Shown: positions 54,670 to 61,784 of the stretch, in pieces
Numbering within the stretch: the stretch's first letter is position 1
Layout: every line of letters starts with the position of its first letter
Source: Octopus sinensis
Lineage: Eukaryota
Length of the DNA: 61,784 bases
NCBI RefSeq assembly: GCF_006345805.1
Contig: NW_021835237.1
Location: forward strand, 1 to 61,784
Direction: 5' to 3'
Position numbers and translations under genes: made by a program
Notes under the pieces: model-generated
What the model was told of the DNA's origin: nothing
The model's input: the letters and a program-made list of their open reading frames with translations, nothing else
Databases searched by the model: none

Positions 54670-54672
<3 letters not shown>
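54070..54672. mobile_element. Fold-back element with about 160-bp inverted arms and a central ribozyme motif
   Basis: 54090-54255 pairs with 54508-54672; extra inverted copy of 54073-54118 at 54283-54330. Confidence 0.85.
54396..54438 (+). ncRNA. Minimal type I hammerhead ribozyme, U3-A8 core variant
   Basis: GCUGCA UUGAUAA GGGG CAACAA CUCU GAAAC AU GUC^UGCAGC: 6-bp stem I, palindromic ACAUGU stem III; activity untested. Confidence 0.7.
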
Positions 54673-54709
<37 letters not shown>

Positions 54710-55719
54710 CACATGACCAGCTCCTTTCAGTTTCTGCCTTCCAAACTCACAAGGCTTTGGTCAGCCTGAGGCTATAATGGAAGACACTTGTCCAAGGTGT
54801 CACACAATGGAACTGAACTCGGAACCATGTGGTTGGGAAGCAAACTTCTTACTGCACATCCAATCCTTTACATATTCTCTTTGTTTTCATGTTTTTTTTT
54901 CCACACTTTTTTTCTTGTTCTTTTCCCCTCTTATTAGATTATTCACATCCCGGCCCCATCATCACGCTACCATCACTTACGTTCCACTCACACACCACCC
55001 CACATTCTCTCTCTCTCTCTCTCTCTCACTTTCTTTCTCTTTTTCTCTCACTCTCTCTCTTTCTTTCTTTCTCTTTCTCTCTCCTCACCACCTCCACCAC
55101 AACAGTAGTGACCAATTATTATGAATGCCATCAATCACATGGTAACACGCCACAACATACCACTATGCACAGCTCAATAATTACCCACCTACCACCACCA
55201 CCACCACCACCACCTCTTTTATTAGCAACTGGACAGCAATTAATTGATTATCTAACTTTAACTGAACACAGCCACCACCACCACCACCAACAACAACAAC
55301 ATCAACACCAAATCCCAGCTTATAATGACCAACAACTACTACCACTACTACCGTAACCACCAACACCAACTAACCCTCGAACACCATCCCCACCCCAGTT
55401 TACTACTACTACTACTACTACTACTACTTGTAGAATAACTATAGCAACACCAACCTCAACTACAACAAGGTCAAATAAAATTGAGCACCACTAACAACAA
55501 TAGCCAAATCTCCCTCGAATCATACCCTGCTGTTCTAAAGAAAAGAAAAGACACATGTAGGATGGTCGCACTTGGAATGCTTTTGGTCATAGGTCTGCTT
55601 GATCAGAGTTGACCTGGAGTTAATAACAACAGAAGCAAGATTGATTTATCTAATTTCCATACATAAACTAGCCAGTATGATTTAAGCCGTTCTAGCCTGC
55701 CTAGCAGATAACCTTGTTT

Positions 55720-56075
55720 CACAGACTTGTTGTTATAAGTAATTTTTCAATAAAAGGTAGAGGGTATGACTGACTATGGGATTGTACCAAGAAACTTCCC
55801 CTCTGAGGCACAAGTCTGGGCAAGATTACTTATGGAAGACCAGAAGTCGCCCATGCATACCACCTCCCCTCTTCAAGCCACTGATGTTATCCAAGGGAAA
55901 GGCGAATGCCAATACAACTTGATGCAACTTGACATTGCAACTCATTTCTACAAGTTGAGTGAACTGAAGCAACATGAAATAAAGTGTCTTGCTCAAGAAC
56001 ACAACACCCGACCTTGTCTGGGAATCAAACTCACTACCTCATAATTGTGTATCCGACACTCTAACCACCAAGCCG
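55720..56075 (-). mobile_element. tRNA-derived SINE (family S3); plus-strand relative at 58790-58980
   Basis: Head GGCTTGGTGGTTAGAGTG..GTTTGATTCC, then GTTCTTGAGCAAGACACTTTATTTCA. Confidence 0.7.
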
Positions 56076-56508
56076 TGTGCCTTCACAATGTTTCAATAGA
56101 ACTATTGTGAAGTTATTAGAAAAGAAACAAGCACAACTAATTGATTATAACAACAAACTGGCTCAATACTATTTCCTCTCTCTTATATTCCTTTCTCTCC
56201 CTCCTGCCATCTTTCTCCCTCTCGTCTATAATTTTCCGTTTATACCCTCCTCCCAACTTTTCTTTCTGTCCCTCAATATCTACCTCGTTCCCTTGTATGT
56301 TCTCTCTTTATACGTATCGACATTAATTTTATCTCAACCATTATCGTTATTTGTGTTATTCATGCATAGCTGATATAAGGATTTATATTGAACAGCTGTT
56401 ATTACGTGCAAGATAGATTTGGCAGCAATTAGTATTCCTTGGCCGAGGAAGAGATGAGGTAGCTTTCCTTGCTATAGTGAAGGAAGACGCAGGATGGGTA
56501 TGGTCAAG

Positions 56509-56735
56509 GCGGCGAGCTGGCAGAATCGTTAGCACGTCGGGCGAAATGCTTAGCGGTATTTCGTCTGCTGTTACATTGTGAGTTCAAATTCCGCTGAGGT
56601 CGACTTTACCTTTCATCCTTTCGGGGTCGATAAATTAAGTACCAGTTACGCACTGGGGTCGATGTAATCGACTTAATACCTATGTCTGTCCTTGTTTGTC
56701 CCTTCTATGTTTAGCCCCTTGTGGGTAATAAAGAA
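56509..56735 (+). mobile_element. S2 SINE with 15-bp target-site duplication
   Basis: ATGGGTATGGTCAAG at 56494-56508 and 56736-56750. Confidence 0.95.
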
Positions 56736-56889
56736 ATGGGTATGGTCAAGAGTTTTGAAAGCAGGCAGGCATCATTCTTTTGTGTTAATCCTACAGTAAT
56801 TTCATTTAACCCTTTAGCATTTATACTGACCATATCCAGCCCAGTTATTCATCTTGTTTTATTATCTAATTAGCCAGATCTGGTCTCTT

Positions 56890-57600
56890 ACATCATCGTC
56901 ATCATCATCATTGTTTAACGTCCGTTTCCCATGCTAGCATGAGTTGGACGATTCGACCGGGGTCTGGGAAGCCAGGAGGCTGCACCAGGCTCCAGTCTGA
57001 TCTGGTAGTGTTTCTACAGCTTGATGCCCTTCCTAATGCCAACCACTCTGTGAGTGTAGTGGGTGCTTTTTACATGCCACCGGCACAGGGGCCAGAGGAG
57101 GCTGGCAAACGGCCACGATCAGTTAGAGCTTTTTACGTGTCACCAACATGGACGCCAGTCAGACAGCGCTGGCATCAGCCATGTTCAAATGGTATCTTAA
57201 CTACAATTTCCATTTGATTATTATTTTGATGTTGGTGTTGACGTACTTGACTCAATTGGTCTCCTCAAGAACAGCAGGTCACTCTACAATCCAAGGTTAG
57301 CACAGCAGGCCATCCTGTGAGCCACGAACTTACTTCATTTGTCGGGTCTTCGCATATCTCAGCGGTCTCGGTCTTTCGTCATTGCCTCTGTGAAGCTCAA
57401 TGTGCAACCAGCATGTGTATCACAACAATATCCATTTGATTTTTATTTTAATGTTGATGTACTTGACTCAACAGGTCTCCTCAAGAACAGCAGCTCACTC
57501 TGTGAGCCATGGACTCACTTCATTTGTTGGGTCTTCACGGTCACAGCATATCTCAGAGGTCTCGGTCTTCATCATTTCCTCTTAGAGGCCCAACGCGCCA
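56890..57600 (-). mobile_element. RTE 3' end with longer 3' UTR
   Basis: Tail, modules and a duplicated upstream UTR segment. Confidence 0.75.
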
Positions 57601-58712
57601 TGGCACGGGTATCACAACTACACATACCCTATAATGTAAATCTAAAAAGTAACAATCACATCCTTGAAATCTTAGAGGCATGAGATAATGTAGGATTAAT
57701 TCAAATAACTTGAATGAATAAGCATTTTATTTCATACGATAATCAGCATGCTAAAGAGTTACAGTGCTCCTGGAAAGGAAGACAGTATACGATCGGCATT
57801 AAAAGGGAGACAGTGTTCTGTGCATATGAGACAGGGATAAAAGATCCCTGAGTTCTTTCTATCCTATGTTGTCTCCATACTTCTATTGTGAACACCAGAG
57901 GGTTGTCTCTTCCCTGGTAAGATTATAGAAAGTCTCATCTTCCCAATGTTGTCCCAACGCAGTAATTAATTTAATTAATTTCTTTCCTAAACAACAGGAT
58001 AGGATGGAAACCAGACTGATTTGGCGACAAGAGAAGAAACAGAAAAGAACAAGGAGACTGAGAGAAAGAAGACAGTAGTGAGAGTGAGAGAGAGAGAGGG
58101 AGAGAGAGAGAGAGAGACATACAGACAGAAAGTATGTGAGAGTGTGTGTGATAGATAGTAACAATGATAGAGGAGAGCAGTAATTTAAGAATATAAGTCA
58201 AAGTGACAATGAGTGCGAATGATGTACATGTGTGTGTGTATATATGTATATATATATAGACATGTTCACCATTAACGGTAAGGCATTGTTTGCGTTTATT
58301 TACTCCTCCTATTTTGCGTATGTGAATTGCAGGGTTATGTCGTATATGGAGCCCTCACTTGTAGAAAATGGAAATAAACAGTCTCTGACTGCTATTTCTA
58401 ATTCTTTCGGTATGCGGCAGAGCAACCTGTTGCCTGCCCTTTTACTTATATACTATATATACTGAACTCCACAGAAGTTCCCGACGCTAATGGTCATATT
58501 TACATACCGAAATCTACCGGTAAATAATTGTTGGTTGTCTGAAAAACCATCGAAAAAATTATTTACCCTTATTATTATTGTATATATATATGTATATGTA
58601 TACATATACATATACATATATGTATACATATATGTATATGTATATGTATACATATACATATATACATATAAATACATAGGTACATTTGTTGATAAATGTA
58701 TGTGTAGGTGTA

Positions 58713-58745
<33 letters not shown>

Positions 58746-59056
58746 TATGTGTGTGTGTATGTGTGTATGTGTGTGTGGAGGTATATGGCTTAGTGGCTAA
58801 GTTGTCCCACACATGATTACAAGATTGTGGTTTTGATTCCTGGAGCAGGTGATACATTTCATTCTTGAGCAAAACACTTCATTTCATATTGTTCCAGTCC
58901 ACTCCTTAAGCAAAAAAATGAGTATTTCTGTGAGAGACTGGCAACACATCCAGGGGAAGGGAAATATATATATACCACAGAATCCAGGAAACTGGTTTTA
59001 TGAGCCTATGGCTAAGGAAGGACCTTTCATCTCTCTTTTTTATAACTGTGATACCA

Positions 59057-59370
59057 GTGCCGGTGGCACGTAAGAGAACCATCCGAATGTGGCCGTTGCC
59101 AGCGCCACCCCGACTGGCCTCCGGGCCGGTGGCACATAAAAAGCACCATCCGATCGTGGCCGTTTGCCAGCCTCGTCTGGCACCTGTGCCGGTGGCACGT
59201 AAAAAGCACCCACTACACTCACGGAGTGGTTGGCATAAGGAAGGGCATCCAGCCATAGAAACATTGCCAGATCAGACTGGGCCTAGTGCAGCCTTCTGGC
59301 TTCCCAGACCCCAGTTGAACCGCCCAACCCATGCTAGCATGAAAGCAGACGCTAAACGATGATGATGATG
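59057..59370 (+). mobile_element. RTE 3' end with three GC-rich modules
   Basis: GTGCCGGTGGCAC(G/A)TAA motif three times, then the conserved tail. Confidence 0.9.
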
Positions 59371-59384
59371 TATGTATGTTCTCC

Positions 59385-59860
59385 TTACTGGGTTCTCCTG
59401 CTTGTGTGGCATGGAGCAGAGTCCTGTTGCCAGACATACGGTCTTCTGGTAGCCACCCTCTTGACCCAAGACAGCACTACTTCCTCTAAGTGCTTGATGT
59501 AGGCCTTGGTGTTGAGTCTGAGGCCACCATCACTAGTGATCACTCCAAACACTATGAAGTTGACTGGATGTTTGATTTTTATCACGCCCAGAAAATATTT
59601 TGGGGCCAATCTGTTCTCATATTGACACCCAAACACTATGAGATGTTCGTATTGGATCTTCTGGTGTAAATGCTGAGCAGTACAGCATGTTGTTTCCAAA
59701 TTTCTGACAGAGTGAATTGCCTGATGGTGTTGCTTTCCTCACAGACATTTTCCAACCTACCCTACTATACTGTGTAGTTAATAAAAAGAAAATAAAAAAA
59801 CAATGTGCATGTGAAAAATTATAATATAAAACAGTGACAATTTAACCTGTGCGTCCTATA
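59385..59860 (-). mobile_element. Tc1/mariner-superfamily fragment (maT-like), internally deleted
   Basis: KHPVNFIVFGVITSDG..LEEVVLSW..YVWQQDSAPCH. Confidence 0.8.
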
Positions 59861-59869
59861 TATATAGGT

Positions 59870-59903
<34 letters not shown>

Positions 59904-59996
59904 CCATATATATCTGTATATATAAGTGTGTATATATATATATGTGTGTGTGTGTGTGTACATACATACATATATACATACATACATACATACATT

Positions 59997-60034
<38 letters not shown>

Positions 60035-60051
60035 CTGTATATATAAGTGTG

Positions 60052-60082
<31 letters not shown>

Positions 60083-60119
60083 ACATACATACATATATAC
60101 ATACATACATACATACATT

Positions 60120-60157
<38 letters not shown>

Positions 60158-60426
60158 CTGTATATATAGTGTGTATATTATATATATAGTGTGTGTGGTG
60201 TGTACATACATACATATATACATACATACATACATTACACACACACACACCACCACACATATATATCCATATATATCTGTATATATAAGTGTGTATATAT
60301 ATATATGTGTGGTGTGTGTGTACATACATACAATATACATACATACATACATACATACATTACACACACACACACACACAACACACACACACATATATAT
60401 CCATAATATCTGTATATATAAGTGTG

Positions 60427-60465
<39 letters not shown>

Positions 60466-61013
60466 ACATACATACATATATACATACATACATACATACA
60501 TTACACACACACACACACACACCATATATATATATATATCTGTATATATAAGTGTGTATATATATATATGTGTGTGTGTGTGTGTGGTGTGTGTGTGTAC
60601 ATACATACATATATACATACATACATACATACATTCCACACCCCCACACACACACATATATATATTATATCTGTATATATAAGTGTGTATATATATATAT
60701 GTGTGTGTGTGGTGTGTGTGTACATACATACATATATACATACATACATACATACATTACCACACACACACACACACACCTATATATCCATATATATCTG
60801 TATATATAAGTGTGTATATATATATATGTTGTGTGTGTGTGTGTGTGTGTGTACATACCATACATATATACATACATACATACATACATTCAACACACAC
60901 ACCACACAACATATATATATATATATATCTGTATATATAAGTGTGTATATATAATATGTGGTGTGTGTGTGTGTGTACATACATACATATATACATACAT
61001 ACATACATACATT

Positions 61014-61051
<38 letters not shown>

Positions 61052-61258
61052 CTGTATATATAAGGTGTGTATATATATATATGTGTGTGTTGTGTGTGTG
61101 TACATACATACATATAACATACATACATACATACATTACACACACACACACACACACACATAATATTCCATAATATCTGTATATATAAGTGTGTATATAT
61201 ATATATGGTGTGTGTGTGTGTACATACATACAATATTACATACATACATACATACATT

Positions 61259-61292
<34 letters not shown>

Positions 61293-61429
61293 TATCTGTA
61301 TATATAGTGTGTAAATATATATATGTGTGTGTGTGTGGTGTGTGTTATACATACATATATACATACATACATACATTACACACCACACACACACATATTA
61401 TATATTATATATCTGTATATATAAGTGTG

Positions 61430-61462
<33 letters not shown>

Positions 61463-61554
61463 ACATACATACATATATACATACATACATACATACATTA
61501 CACACACACACACACACACATATATATCCATATATATCTGTATATATAAGTGTG

Positions 61555-61587
<33 letters not shown>

Positions 61588-61624
61588 ACATACATACATA
61601 TATACATACATACATACATACATT

Positions 61625-61659
<35 letters not shown>
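59870..61659. repeat. Compound satellite, 14 units of about 117-133 bp built of (CA)n,(TA)n,(TG)n,(TACA)n modules
   Basis: Anchor CTGTATATATAAGTGTGTATA recurs 14 times from 59914 to 61538. Confidence 0.95.
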
Positions 61660-61784
61660 GGGAAAGTTTACGAAAAAAACAAAAGATGAAGACAGGTGGT
61701 GTACAAAACAAACAGATGTATTAGTATAACGCTCAGGAATAGAAAAAGTCTTTTACGTTTCGAGCCTATGCTCTTCTACAGAAA
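61660..61784 (-). mobile_element. Family A hammerhead-bearing element, cut by the window edge
   Basis: TTT CTGTAGA A GAGC ATAG GCTC GAAAC GTA AAAG at 61750-61784. Confidence 0.75.

Noticed and set aside
59057-59220. HDV-like ribozyme in the RTE modules (CAG CCTCGT CTG resembles P3/L3)
   Set aside because: No matching P1 or P2 partner strands could be placed.
59870-61659. CRISPR-like repeat-spacer array
   Set aside because: Eukaryotic context; the intervals are homologous microsatellite modules, not unique spacers; no cas genes.

Overview
AT-rich, microsatellite-saturated animal DNA. The repeat complement (tRNA-derived SINEs with an internal microsatellite, RTE 3' ends with (GAT)n tails, mariners, Penelope remnants) points to an octopod cephalopod; this is inference from recalled repeat families, not a database match. 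Nearly all ORF-track entries are translations of TA/CA/TACA/GAA/CAT microsatellites and are not genes. Real coding relics: two mariner copies with TIRs (7447-8714, 35626-36875), two Tc1-family fragments, a Penelope RT/GIY-YIG remnant (6190-7260), RTE LINE 3' ends and an RLE-type non-LTR remnant. A phase-consistent chain of short minus-strand exons (about 24.4 kb to 3.2 kb, including a GC-AG intron) may be the 3' end of an unidentified host gene; it is unconfirmed. The most striking unexplained structure is a set of short non-coding elements carrying minimal type I hammerhead ribozyme motifs: one canonical and intact (41083-41125), one with a U3-A8 covariant core and 6-bp stem I (54396-54438), one subfamily with A6U, plus decayed copies. 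Many are arranged as fold-backs and end at (TA)n tracts, resembling Penelope-derived, retrozyme-like elements. The window ends in a ~125-bp satellite built of microsatellite modules with a trimeric higher-order pattern. No rRNA, true tRNA gene or CRISPR array was seen. Repeat boundaries were read by eye and are approximate unless TIR or TSD evidence is given.
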